Source: an uncultured Gammaproteobacteria bacterium (GTDB lineage Bacteria; Patescibacteriota; Patescibacteriia; SG8-24). From it: DNA of 64,000 bases. This document shows positions 37,311 to 47,358 of the stretch, piece after piece (position 1 is the first letter of the stretch; each line of letters starts with the position of its first letter). Both the position numbers and the translations under genes were made by a program. The notes beneath the pieces were generated by a model. That model was not told the DNA's origin, ran no database searches, and saw only the letters and a program-made list of their open reading frames with translations. The stretch is taken from the NCBI GenBank assembly GCA_964626205.1, contig CAZVED010000001.1, positions 64,961 to 128,960 of the forward strand, given 5' to 3'.

Positions 37311-37836
37311 CGGAGCCTCCTGCATCGAGCTTGGCCTTGGTGATGGCGTGGTCCAGCATGTGGTACTGCAGCAGCACGATGGCTCCACAGACGAGACCGA
37401 CGGCTGTCGTGAGGAACGCCGGCCAGAGACCGGTGAGCAGGGCTCGCATGAGTGCCATGAAGGTACCATGTCCGCCGCCGACGCTGGACATGAGTCCTTT
37501 TTCCGCGGAGAGGAACATGATGATCATGCCCAGGATCGTTCCGAGGAAGCCGATGAGCGTACAGAGGTTCACTGCAAGGTAGCCATGCGAGGCGTCGTTG
37601 CGGAGATACTCGAACCTGTCGTCGAGTCCCGAACGCAGGTCGTCCTGCAGCTTCCACGTGAGCCGTCCGCACCAGGCGGTCGCGGCAATCATCATCACGA
37701 AGATGATGAAGCTGATGTTGGTAGGATCGTACCGCGCGATGAAGGAGAAGCCTCCAAGGATCGCCGCGGCGACGGCTCCCACCGTCATGAGGCTCGCAAA
37801 GAGCGCCCAGCGCAGGAAGAGGGCTTGTTGAGCCAT
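37297..37836 (-). CDS. MotA/TolQ/ExbB-family proton-channel protein
   Basis: Three transmembrane helices with the conserved C-terminal segment LGTILGMIIMF...LLTGLWPAF. 179 aa. Overlaps the exbD-like start by 14 nt. Confidence 0.7.
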   Translation of the reverse strand: MAQQALFLRWALFASLMTVGAVAAAILGGFSFIARYDPTNISFIIFVMMIAATAWCGRLTWKLQDDLRSGLDDRFEYLRNDASHGYLAVNLCTLIGFLGTILGMIIMFLSAEKGLMSSVGGGHGTFMALMRALLTGLWPAFLTTAVGLVCGAIVLLQYHMLDHAITKAKLDAGGSDASS

Positions 37837-37912
37837 GTCGTACCTCGTTTCTCGGTGAAAAGACCGACGAGTCCATCCTACCCACCGGTTCTTGAAAAGG
37901 CAACGACCTTTT

Positions 37913-38176
37913 TTAAGCTCGAATAAGGTCGAGTTTCTCCGCGCGTCTCAGATTTTTGATCTTGCGTTCAAGCTTGAGTGCAGCACTTTTGGTCTTGCAG
38001 CGTTTCTTCCAGAGCAGGCAGACTGGACCGCGACCACGCGTGTACTTCGCCCCGGTACCAGCATCGTGCTTCGCGAGGCGTTTGGTGACGTCTGTGGTGA
38101 TGCCGGTGTAGAGCGATCCGTCACCGCAACGGATGATGTAGACGTGCCAAGAGGGCATATGTGGGAAGTATAGCAT
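37913..38176 (-). CDS. GIY-YIG nuclease-domain protein (UPF0213/YhbQ-like, 87 aa)
   Basis: HVYIIRCGDGSLYTGITTDVTKRLAKHDAG...GAKYTRGRGP matches the GIY-...-YIG...R...E core. Confidence 0.7.
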   Translation of the reverse strand: MLYFPHMPSWHVYIIRCGDGSLYTGITTDVTKRLAKHDAGTGAKYTRGRGPVCLLWKKRCKTKSAALKLERKIKNLRRAEKLDLIRA

Positions 38177-38181
38177 GGTGC

Positions 38182-38372
38182 GGCAGGCTGGCGCTGGGTT
38201 GGCCGGACACGAAGGCTCACACGGGAAGCATTATCAGGACGTCGGATCTTACGCATGTCTCCTTGCATTGACCCCGTCGCGCAGGGCCCGACGACGGGGT
38301 CAGTACCCGTTGCTCAACCATGAGCCATTTCCCGGCTCACCCAGTGTCCGGCCAACCCAGCGCCAGCCTGCC
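38182..38372. repeat. perfect 29-bp inverted repeat flanking a 133-bp core (MITE-like element)
   Basis: ggcaggctggcgctgggttggccggacac (38182-38210) is the exact reverse complement of 38344-38372. The core contains an 11-bp hairpin tgaccccgtcg/cgacggggtca. Begins 6 nt from the GIY-YIG start codon. Confidence 0.7.
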
Positions 38373-38381
38373 GGCTCATGC

Positions 38382-38410
38382 TTGACACCTCCGCTTAATA
38401 TGGCTATAGT
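38382..38410 (+). promoter_or_regulatory. consensus sigma70 promoter TTGACA-N17-TATAGT for typA
   Basis: Exact hexamers with 17-nt spacer, 40 nt upstream of ATG 38450. Abuts the right IR arm. Confidence 0.6.
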
Positions 38411-38449
38411 ACGCCGGTAGCTAAACCGCCGCTTAAGCGGCATTTTTAT

Positions 38450-40243
<1,794 letters not shown>

Positions 40244-40257
40244 GAAGGACCGACCGG

Positions 40258-40290
40258 GGAGAGAGGCTGGACAAGGCCTCTCTTTTCTGT
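40258..40290 (+). terminator. rho-independent terminator after typA
   Basis: agagaggc-tggacaa-gcctctct followed by tttctgtt. Confidence 0.6.
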
Positions 40291-40332
40291 TAGCCTCCGA
40301 AAGACAGCGTATCGCAAGAGAAGGATGGCACC

Positions 40333-40638
40333 ATGGCGCGAAACGACCCGTTCCGCCCTCGATGTCCGGGTGGGGAACATGCCGGCCTTGTTCCGGGAAA
40401 GCTCTTTTGTACGGCTTGCGGCAGGCAGCGTGATGAGACTGATGGCGAGTATGCGGCTGCCGAAGTCGCCAAGTTCGACGAAGATCGTCTCCACGAGCTC
40501 GAAGCGAAGGTGGTCGCTCTTGGCGGTTCCCTTCGCTCGGGTGAACGGAACCTCCCGTTCTTGGAGGCGTATCACCGTATTCTCGTGCGTGCTTCGCGTG
40601 ATGTGGACGAACCCGAGCTTGACCCTTCCCTTAATTGA
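40333..40638 (+). CDS. small zinc-ribbon-containing hypothetical protein (101 aa)
   Basis: N-terminal CPGGEH...CTAC (C-x4-H...C-x2-C), then an acidic helical region. Confidence 0.45.
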   Translation: MARNDPFRPRCPGGEHAGLVPGKLFCTACGRQRDETDGEYAAAEVAKFDEDRLHELEAKVVALGGSLRSGERNLPFLEAYHRILVRASRDVDEPELDPSLN

Positions 40639-40676
40639 AACGACCCGGCCGCGCATGGCGCATCGGGTCGTTTTTA
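40639..40676. terminator. bidirectional intrinsic terminator
   Basis: acgacccg-gccgcgcatggcgcat-cgggtcgt followed by ttttta. The minus-strand stop at 40674 lies inside it. Confidence 0.65.
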
Positions 40677-41198
40677 TATGCGATACTTGTAGAGCTTCAG
40701 GCGATCGGGGGCGGCATCTGTTGCAACGGGCGTCCAGCCGTCGAGCGGCCAGACATAGGTGATGACGATGGTGTCGGACGCGAGCTCGGCTTCGAACTTC
40801 TTGCGCTGGCGTTCCTTATGTTCCGGCATGAGGAACGTATAGAGTACGTCCGTGCCACGGAGGTCGACGTTCCAAAAATCGCGATAGCGGATGACTGCGC
40901 GGCGGCGAACGTCGGCGGGGAGCATGGCGCGCCGCGTGAGTGCGAGGATGTAGGGGAGGAGGGAGATCTCGTACCCCACAGCGTCGGCGCCGGCCTTTGC
41001 CGCGGCAAACACGAGGCGTCCATCACCACATCCCAAGTCGACGAACCGTTTACCCGGCGCGAGCTCGGAAAGCACGAGGAAGCGGTCGACATCGGTCTTC
41101 CAGGTGGGTACCCACGGTGCGGCACGTAGCCCGGCGTAGCCGGCGGTCAGGAGAACTGCGGCTGCGAGGATGATGACGAGGAGGATGGAGATGGGCAT
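40674..41198 (-). CDS. membrane-anchored class I SAM-dependent methyltransferase (174 aa)
   Basis: ATG 41198 lies 1 nt after the upstream stop. N-terminal transmembrane helix, motif I VDLGCGDGRL, acidic motif II region. Confidence 0.6.
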   Translation of the reverse strand: MPISILLVIILAAAVLLTAGYAGLRAAPWVPTWKTDVDRFLVLSELAPGKRFVDLGCGDGRLVFAAAKAGADAVGYEISLLPYILALTRRAMLPADVRRRAVIRYRDFWNVDLRGTDVLYTFLMPEHKERQRKKFEAELASDTIVITYVWPLDGWTPVATDAAPDRLKLYKYRI

Positions 41199-41199
41199 G

Positions 41200-42015
41200 C
41201 TACTTGATGAGGACCTTTGTCCCGTACTGCGCGAACCAGTAGAGATGCTCCATGTCTGCAAGGCGTACGTTCACGCAGCCACCGGAGACCGGTGATGTGC
41301 CGAACTTGTCGTGCCAGTACGCACTATGGATGTAGTAGCGCCAACCGCGCCAGGTGGTGAACTGGAGGTTGTACTTCGTGTTCGGGTAGTCGTAGCCCGG
41401 ACCGACGTAGCGCTTCACGGGCACTTTCGCCATGACCTCGAACTCGCCATGCGGCGTGGGAGTGGACCTTTTTCCGGTAGAGACAGGAAGGACGCCGAGC
41501 ACGACATCACCGAAGGAGTAGGTGAGCGTGAGTCCTTTGTCGTCGATAACGATGAGTTTTTCACGTATCGATAAACCGTCGGAGAGCGGGTCGTAGCTCG
41601 CGGCGACCTCCGTGCCATCGAGGTAGAGGTCGTTATCGGTGTCGGGATTCATCAGGTTGGTACCAATCTTCAGCTCCCAGGCATCGACGAGGTAATCCTT
41701 GTCGGAATCGACGTCCATGAGGGTCTTGTTGTCGCCGAAGCGGGGAGAGAAGCCTCTGGCGACCTCGTCGCCATCGCTGAATCCGTCACCGTCAGTATCG
41801 GCATTGTACGGGTCCGTAAAATGGACGCAGGCTTCCGTGGCGTCATCGAGGCCATCGCCATCGCTGTCGAGAGCAGCGCGGGCCGCCCAGGTATCCGCGA
41901 CGCATTCCACAGGCATGGTGTAGGCGAGGACTACACCTACCGAACAAACAAAAAACCAAGCGGTTACAGCGCTGGTCGCAGCAAGAAGCTTCATTTTGTT
42001 TGTTTTTGTTTGCAT
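41200..42015 (-). CDS. L,D-transpeptidase (YkuD domain) with N-terminal thrombospondin-type-3-like Ca-binding repeats
   Basis: Signal peptide. Four D-x-D-x-D-G-x-x-D-x-x-E repeats (DSDGDGLDDATE, DTDGDGFSDGDE, DVDSDKDYLVDAWE, DTDNDLYLDGTE). Catalytic HSAYWHDKFGTSPVSGGCVNV. Confidence 0.75.
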   Translation of the reverse strand: MQTKTNKMKLLAATSAVTAWFFVCSVGVVLAYTMPVECVADTWAARAALDSDGDGLDDATEACVHFTDPYNADTDGDGFSDGDEVARGFSPRFGDNKTLMDVDSDKDYLVDAWELKIGTNLMNPDTDNDLYLDGTEVAASYDPLSDGLSIREKLIVIDDKGLTLTYSFGDVVLGVLPVSTGKRSTPTPHGEFEVMAKVPVKRYVGPGYDYPNTKYNLQFTTWRGWRYYIHSAYWHDKFGTSPVSGGCVNVRLADMEHLYWFAQYGTKVLIK

Positions 42016-42038
42016 TTTGGAAGAACGGCTACAGGCTC

Positions 42039-42067
42039 AGTGTAGCATATTTTCCGACGCTTGTTAA
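42039..42067 (-). promoter_or_regulatory. promoter TTAACA-N17-TACACT (extended TGCTACACT)
   Basis: Minus strand, upstream of the L,D-transpeptidase gene. The -35 sits inside the hairpin ttaaggc-gta-gccttaa, which also holds the ABC permease stop codon. Confidence 0.4.
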
Positions 42068-42076
42068 GGCGTAGCC

Positions 42077-42850
42077 TTAATTCTTCATTCCCACGCCCGT
42101 ACGCAGCAGGTAGAGGTTCGTCCAGACGAGCGCAACGATGACGGCAGTGATGAGCGCGATGCTTTGAGCGACCGGGATGCCAGCCGAGCCGAAGAAGCCG
42201 TAGCGGAAGCCGTCGACCATGTAGAGGATGGGGTTGGCTTTGGAGACGTTCTGCCACAGCGGCGGGAGCTGGCTCACGGAATAGAACACGCCGCCGAGGT
42301 AGGTGAGCGGAATGAGGACGAACGTGGAGAAGATGCTCGTATCATCGAACTTCTTCGCGAAGACGGCGTTGAGGAAGCCGGCAAGCGAGAAGAGGACACT
42401 CGTGAGCACGAGGAAGAGCAGGACGATCCACGGGTGTTGTACGACCGGTTGCGCGAAGACGGCGGAGACGGCATAGACGATGCCGCCGGTCACTGTGCCA
42501 CGCACGACGCCGCCGGAGACGTAGCCTGCGAGCATGACCCAGATGGGTGTCGGTGAGACGAGGATCTCGTCGATGTTCCGCATGAACTTCGCGCCGAAGA
42601 ACGAGCTCACGACGTTCATGAAGCTCGACTGGATGACGGCCATCATGACGAGGCCGGGGATGATGAACGTCATGTACGGGACGCCGTCCACGATGCCGAC
42701 GCGGGAGCCGATGAACGCGCCGAAGATGAGGAAGTAGAGCGACTGCGTGATGACCGGCGGCAAGAGCGTCTGCGTCCAGATACGGAAGATGCGATACGTC
42801 TCCTTGCGGAGGATGGTTAGGTACGCGTTTCGGGCGATGGTCCAGCGCAT
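42077..42850 (-). CDS. ABC-2 family transporter permease
   Basis: Six transmembrane helices with ABC-2 (DrrB/NodJ-like) architecture. ATG 42850 lies 1 nt after the ATPase stop. Confidence 0.75.
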   Translation of the reverse strand: MRWTIARNAYLTILRKETYRIFRIWTQTLLPPVITQSLYFLIFGAFIGSRVGIVDGVPYMTFIIPGLVMMAVIQSSFMNVVSSFFGAKFMRNIDEILVSPTPIWVMLAGYVSGGVVRGTVTGGIVYAVSAVFAQPVVQHPWIVLLFLVLTSVLFSLAGFLNAVFAKKFDDTSIFSTFVLIPLTYLGGVFYSVSQLPPLWQNVSKANPILYMVDGFRYGFFGSAGIPVAQSIALITAVIVALVWTNLYLLRTGVGMKN

Positions 42851-42851
42851 A

Positions 42852-43757
42852 CTATTTGGCGATGGTGGAAAGGTAGAGCTCTTCGAGGCGGTTCTGCGCA
42901 TGCGCGATGTCGACGATTGTGAGGTCTGCCGCGTGGATCTTCGTGAAGATGGCGTCGAGCGTTTCGCCGGAGGTAAGGTCCATGCGGATGACGGTGTCCG
43001 TGATGCGTTCCGCGCCGAGCGCGCGAAGCTGGTCGTCGGTCGGCGTCGTGGAGAGGGTCACCCGATACCCTCGTCCGTCGGCAGCAGAGACGAGGTTGGA
43101 GACCGGTCCTTGGCGCACGACAGAACCGGCCTGGATGATGGTCATTTCTTTGCAGAGTTGCTCCACTTCTTCTAAATAGTGCGTGGTGAGAAGAATGGTG
43201 GTCCCTGCGGCGTTAAGTTTGCGGAGGTAGTCCCACATGCCGCGACGCAGCTCTACGTCAACGCCGGCGGTCGGCTCGTCGAGGATGAGGAGCTTCGGCC
43301 GGTGCACGAGCGCGCGAGCGATCATGAGACGCCGCTTCATGCCGCCAGAGAGCGTCATGGATTTCATGTCGCGCTTGTCCCAAAGGCCGAGGTCGCGAAG
43401 TACCTCGTCGGCACGTGACTCCGCATCGCGGCGCGTCATGCCGTAGTAGCCGCCTTGCGTAATGACGATGTCGCGGACAGTCTCGAAGATGTTGAAGTTG
43501 AATTCTTGCGGGACGATGCCAATCATGGCGCGTGTGGCGTCCGGATCCTCATCTTGATTGATGCCGAACACGGAAACGCTGCCGGCGCTTTTCGTGACAA
43601 GACCGACGGTGATATTGATGAGCGTCGTCTTCCCTGCGCCATTCGCACCAAGGAGCGCGGTGAACGCGCCTTCTTTAACGGTAAGGTCGACGCCCTTGAG
43701 CGCCTCCGTCCCGCCGGCATAGGTTTTTTTGAGTCCTTTGATATCGAGTGCGTGCAT
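42852..43757 (-). CDS. ABC transporter ATP-binding protein (DrrA/CcmA-like, 301 aa)
   Basis: Walker A GANGAGKTT, signature LSGGMKRR, Walker B LILDEPT. Start set at ATG 43757; the track's upstream extension is rejected. Confidence 0.85.
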   Translation of the reverse strand: MHALDIKGLKKTYAGGTEALKGVDLTVKEGAFTALLGANGAGKTTLINITVGLVTKSAGSVSVFGINQDEDPDATRAMIGIVPQEFNFNIFETVRDIVITQGGYYGMTRRDAESRADEVLRDLGLWDKRDMKSMTLSGGMKRRLMIARALVHRPKLLILDEPTAGVDVELRRGMWDYLRKLNAAGTTILLTTHYLEEVEQLCKEMTIIQAGSVVRQGPVSNLVSAADGRGYRVTLSTTPTDDQLRALGAERITDTVIRMDLTSGETLDAIFTKIHAADLTIVDIAHAQNRLEELYLSTIAK

Positions 43758-43772
43758 ACAGAGTTGGGGAGA

Positions 43773-43806
43773 TGGCAAACCTCCGCAGAATGGCGGAGGT
43801 TTGCCA
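43773..43806. promoter_or_regulatory. perfect 14-bp hairpin in the 5' leader of the ABC exporter operon
   Basis: tggcaaacctccgc-agaatg-gcggaggtttgcca, 16 nt upstream of the ATPase ATG on the minus strand. No U-tract, so not a terminator. A further perfect hairpin cgtgccgtcg-aagattc-gacggcacg lies at 43931-43956. Confidence 0.35.
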
Positions 43807-43959
43807 GGAATCGGGTCGGAAGAACCGATAGAGGTTTCGAATCTTGGCAGAGCACGGGTGACGCTGCGAGAGGTCTCCACAAGCCGCGCGCCATGCGCGC
43901 GGAGCAGTGGAGATACGCAGCGGCAGGACCCGTGCCGTCGAAGATTCGACGGCACGAGG

Positions 43960-44532
43960 TTATTCCACGATCAACTGACCGACCATGCCGTTGGCGCGGT
44001 GGGCGCCGACGCTGCAGTAGTACTCGAATGAGCCCTTCTTGTCTGCCACGAACGTCACCTCGGTCACGCCTCCGGTCTGCACCTGTGCGGTAGCGGCGGA
44101 GAACTCATCGACGACCCAGTCATGGAAGCCGCTCTCGCTCGTGAAGACGACGCGGACCGTCTGCCCCTCCTTTACGCGGATGACTTCCTTGTCAAAAGCG
44201 AAGTTCGTGCCAGAAACCTCGATGGTCACGAGATCTGGATCGATGTCCGCTTCCATGGAAGTGTCGACGTCGGCAGCGGCGCCAGCAGCGTCCGTCGTGA
44301 CGGATCCCTCCAGCATGATTCCGCCGGCAGCAGCAGCGTCATCCGTGGCATCGGTTTCTTCCATCGAGCCATCGGTAGCATCTTCGGTGGGCATCATCGC
44401 GTCGTCGCCTTCTTCGGTAACGACAACGTCGTCAGCCGGAGCTGTGACAGGAGCCTTGCGCGTGACGGCGTAGCCGATGGCACCGATGACGATGACGGCA
44501 CCGACGAGGAACAGAATAGACGTATTCTTCAT
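43960..44532 (-). CDS. membrane-anchored cupredoxin (type-1 blue copper) domain protein
   Basis: N-terminal transmembrane helix, acidic linker, C-terminal ...FHDW...YYCSVGAHRANGMVGQLIVE giving His, Cys-x4-His-x4-Met ligands. Confidence 0.65.
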   Translation of the reverse strand: MKNTSILFLVGAVIVIGAIGYAVTRKAPVTAPADDVVVTEEGDDAMMPTEDATDGSMEETDATDDAAAAGGIMLEGSVTTDAAGAAADVDTSMEADIDPDLVTIEVSGTNFAFDKEVIRVKEGQTVRVVFTSESGFHDWVVDEFSAATAQVQTGGVTEVTFVADKKGSFEYYCSVGAHRANGMVGQLIVE

Positions 44533-44612
44533 AGCGTTTGATGAAGGTGAATAATGTAACAGTGAAATCACTACATATGGTAGTGTACCGTGCCGTCTCC
44601 GTCAAAAGATGC

Positions 44613-45434
44613 TCAGCCCCTAGCCCTTACGTCCTCTTCGCGAAGGTCCTGATAAAGGCCACTCATCTTGCCGAGCGTGCCGAAGGAGAGGAAGAGCGTT
44701 GACGCCGCGGCGTAGAAGGCGTAGTGGCTGAGGTACACGGCCTGGTGTGCTGCGAGGCCGGGGAAGAGTCCGAGCTCGAAGGCCATGTTCGGTAGCGCGG
44801 AGACGATAATGAAGAATGATGCGAGGATGAGATAGTTCTGCATCTTGGCGATGGCCGGGAGGATCTTGCGGATTTTGAAGAAGCCGATGATTTGGAACGC
44901 CGTAATGAGGACGAGCGAGATGCCGAAGAGCGACAAAGCAACGCTCGGAGCGCTCGCGGAACCATAGTGGGAGTCCGGCTTCACCATGACGTAGACGATG
45001 GAGGTAATGAGGCAGGTGAGCAGTACCACGAGGACCCAGGAGTACGGCGAGGACTGATGGCGCGTCTTGCGGAGGACGAATTGCACTCCAAGGATGAGGA
45101 AAAGGATGCTCACGACGTAGACGGCGAACACGTTCACGAGCGCGACTTGCGGCGGGAGCTTGAGTACCGCGATGGCGATGAATTCGATGACGTGCGACGC
45201 GGAGAAGAAGAGTAGCGAGATGAGTGCGGCGTTGACGAAGCGCTTGAGGAAGGGGTCGTACAGGTGGTAGTTCTGGAAGATACGGGTGAGCGAAAGGGCG
45301 ATGAAGAGAATCGCGATAATGTGGATGAGGCCAGTATCGTGGAAGAAGTGCCCGGTCAGTTCTGCTGCGGCGATGATGACGATATTGAGCGCGATGAGCG
45401 CTTTCGGAGTGAATAGGCGATCGAGGTCAACCAT
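44613..45434 (-). CDS. polytopic hypothetical membrane protein (~8 transmembrane helices)
   Basis: Hydrophobic throughout with normal codon usage. No motif recognised. Confidence 0.5.
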   Translation of the reverse strand: MVDLDRLFTPKALIALNIVIIAAAELTGHFFHDTGLIHIIAILFIALSLTRIFQNYHLYDPFLKRFVNAALISLLFFSASHVIEFIAIAVLKLPPQVALVNVFAVYVVSILFLILGVQFVLRKTRHQSSPYSWVLVVLLTCLITSIVYVMVKPDSHYGSASAPSVALSLFGISLVLITAFQIIGFFKIRKILPAIAKMQNYLILASFFIIVSALPNMAFELGLFPGLAAHQAVYLSHYAFYAAASTLFLSFGTLGKMSGLYQDLREEDVRARG

Positions 45435-45505
45435 AGGGGAGGTCGGGGAAGTGGATGAGGCTGTCGGTTGTCATGATAGCATATCGCGGCTAAGATAGGG
45501 CATAT

Positions 45506-46654
45506 ATGCGCAAGCTTTCCGTCATCATGCTCCTTCTCGCCGCGACCATTTTTCCGGGTGGCGTCTTGGCACAGGAGGCGGGGGAGGCGCGTCCCCCGGA
45601 TGTCCGATATTATCGCGCGGTCGTAACCGAAGTCGTCGAAACCGTCGTCGAGACCGACGAGTTCGTTCCCGGCGGGACGGCGTTCTCGCAGACGGTGCGC
45701 GTCCGGTTCACGGAAGGTCCACACAAAGGGAACAGCAAGGAGATCCAGTTCGTTCCGGGGTCCGAGGAGCAGGAGCTCCAGAAGGCTGAGCGGGTCGTGG
45801 TCGTGGAGACGGATGTCGTGGGTGGCATCGCTTGGTATGTCGTGGATCGCGATCGGCGCGGTGCCGTGCTGTGGCTTGCCGTCACGTTCCTCGCCTTGGT
45901 CACGGCCACGGCAGGCTGGAAGGGTCTCCGGTCGCTGTTCGGCCTCGCCTTCACGATACTCGTCATCGTGTTCGCCGTCGTCCCGAACGTTGTCGCGGGT
46001 GGGAATCCGTTCGTCACGTTCCTTGTGGGAGGTCTCGTCATTTCGGTTGTCTCCATCTATCTCGGACATGGCTTTACGCGCAGGACCACCGTTGCGGTCG
46101 TCGCGACACTCCTGACGCTCGGCGCGTCGGTGGCGGTGGCTGCCGCGAGCATCCGATGGACGAAACTGTTCGGTTTGGGTTCCGAGGAGGCGTTTTTCCT
46201 CCAGTCGGGAAATCTCGCAGGCATCGACTTGCGTGGTCTGCTCTTGGGCGGCGTCATCATCGGTATCCTCGGCGTTCTAGACGATATCACGACCGCGCAG
46301 GCCGCGACGGTGGAGGAGATCCATAAGGCCAATCCGGCGCTTTCGTTCCGCGAACTCGCCCGTCGCGGCCTCTCCGTCGGACACGAGCACATCATCTCTC
46401 TGGTGAACACGCTCGCGCTGGCGTACGTCGGCGCGTCGCTGCCGCTCCTCCTGCTCTTCACGCAAGCGGAGACACCGCTTTGGGTGACGCTCAACTCCGA
46501 GCTCATCACCGAGGAGATCGTGCGGACATTGGTCGGCAGTGCGGCGCTCGTCATCGCTGTCCCGGTTACCACGTACCTCGCGGCATGGTTCTTCGCCCGG
46601 TACGGGTCAGGGAAGGATGACGTAGAGCATGTCATGCATGCGCATCGTCATTAA
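45506..46654 (+). CDS. YibE/F-family membrane protein
   Basis: Signal peptide, soluble N-terminal domain, then six transmembrane helices with the YibE/F-like G-rich segments (LLLGGVIIGILGVLDDITTAQ). Confidence 0.55.
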   Translation: MRKLSVIMLLLAATIFPGGVLAQEAGEARPPDVRYYRAVVTEVVETVVETDEFVPGGTAFSQTVRVRFTEGPHKGNSKEIQFVPGSEEQELQKAERVVVVETDVVGGIAWYVVDRDRRGAVLWLAVTFLALVTATAGWKGLRSLFGLAFTILVIVFAVVPNVVAGGNPFVTFLVGGLVISVVSIYLGHGFTRRTTVAVVATLLTLGASVAVAAASIRWTKLFGLGSEEAFFLQSGNLAGIDLRGLLLGGVIIGILGVLDDITTAQAATVEEIHKANPALSFRELARRGLSVGHEHIISLVNTLALAYVGASLPLLLLFTQAETPLWVTLNSELITEEIVRTLVGSAALVIAVPVTTYLAAWFFARYGSGKDDVEHVMHAHRH

Positions 46655-46656
46655 GA

Positions 46657-46688
46657 AACACCCCTCCGCGCGGAGGGGTGTTTCGTTC
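46657..46688. terminator. bidirectional intrinsic terminator
   Basis: aaaca-cccctccgcgcggagggg-tgtttcgtt. Overlaps the RluA-family stop at 46687. Confidence 0.8.
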
Positions 46689-47358
46689 AGGATGGAAGCG
46701 GGAAGAAACTCCAATCCGGTCGAGAGCGGATGGTCGTCGGCTTGTCGCCGACTGGCGTGAAAAAGGTGAGGCTGACAGCATGAAGCGCAATGGTAGTCCC
46801 GTCGCCGAGCGGCTTCTTGGCGCCATACTTCACGTCGCCGACGATGGGCGTGCCGAGTGAGCGCATGGCGAGGCGGATCTGATGCGAACGGCCGGTTTTC
46901 GGCGTCACTTCGACGAGCGACATGCCGTCATGCTCGGCGAGCACGCGGTAGGTGAGTTCGGCATGTTTCGCGCCGGGAACCTCATGGTCGTATGCTTCCG
47001 CAACGTTGGTGTTGCGGTCCTTGAGGATCCATTGGGTGACAGAACCTTCGGTGGCTTTCGGTACCCCTTCGACCACGGCCCAATACGTCTTGGTCACGCG
47101 ATGTGTGCGGAACTGCTCCGAAAGGCGCGACGCACCTTTGCTGGTTTTTCCAAAAACGACAACACCACCGACTGGGCGGTCGAGGCGATGAATGAGGCCG
47201 ATGAATGCCTCACCGGGTTTGTTGTGACGGACCTTGAGGTCGGCTTGGACGAGCTCGAGGAGTGACGTGTCGCCGGACGCGTCGCCCTGTACAGGCATGC
47301 CGGCAGGCTTCACGACCGCGATACAGTGATTGTCCTCGAAGAGGACCTCGGGGGTCAT
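46687..47358 (-). CDS. RluA-family pseudouridine synthase
   Basis: Catalytic HRLDRPVGG motif, GKT...YWA.V.G. 223 aa. Confidence 0.8.
   Translation of the reverse strand: MTPEVLFEDNHCIAVVKPAGMPVQGDASGDTSLLELVQADLKVRHNKPGEAFIGLIHRLDRPVGGVVVFGKTSKGASRLSEQFRTHRVTKTYWAVVEGVPKATEGSVTQWILKDRNTNVAEAYDHEVPGAKHAELTYRVLAEHDGMSLVEVTPKTGRSHQIRLAMRSLGTPIVGDVKYGAKKPLGDGTTIALHAVSLTFFTPVGDKPTTIRSRPDWSFFPLPS

Noticed and set aside
36693-37469. 258-aa track ORF for the ExbD-like protein with a 53-aa Cys/Ser/Pro-rich N-terminal extension
   Set aside because: The extension overlaps the ExbB gene and is low-complexity. A strong AGGAGG Shine-Dalgarno precedes the internal ATG at 37310, which begins the canonical ExbD anchor.
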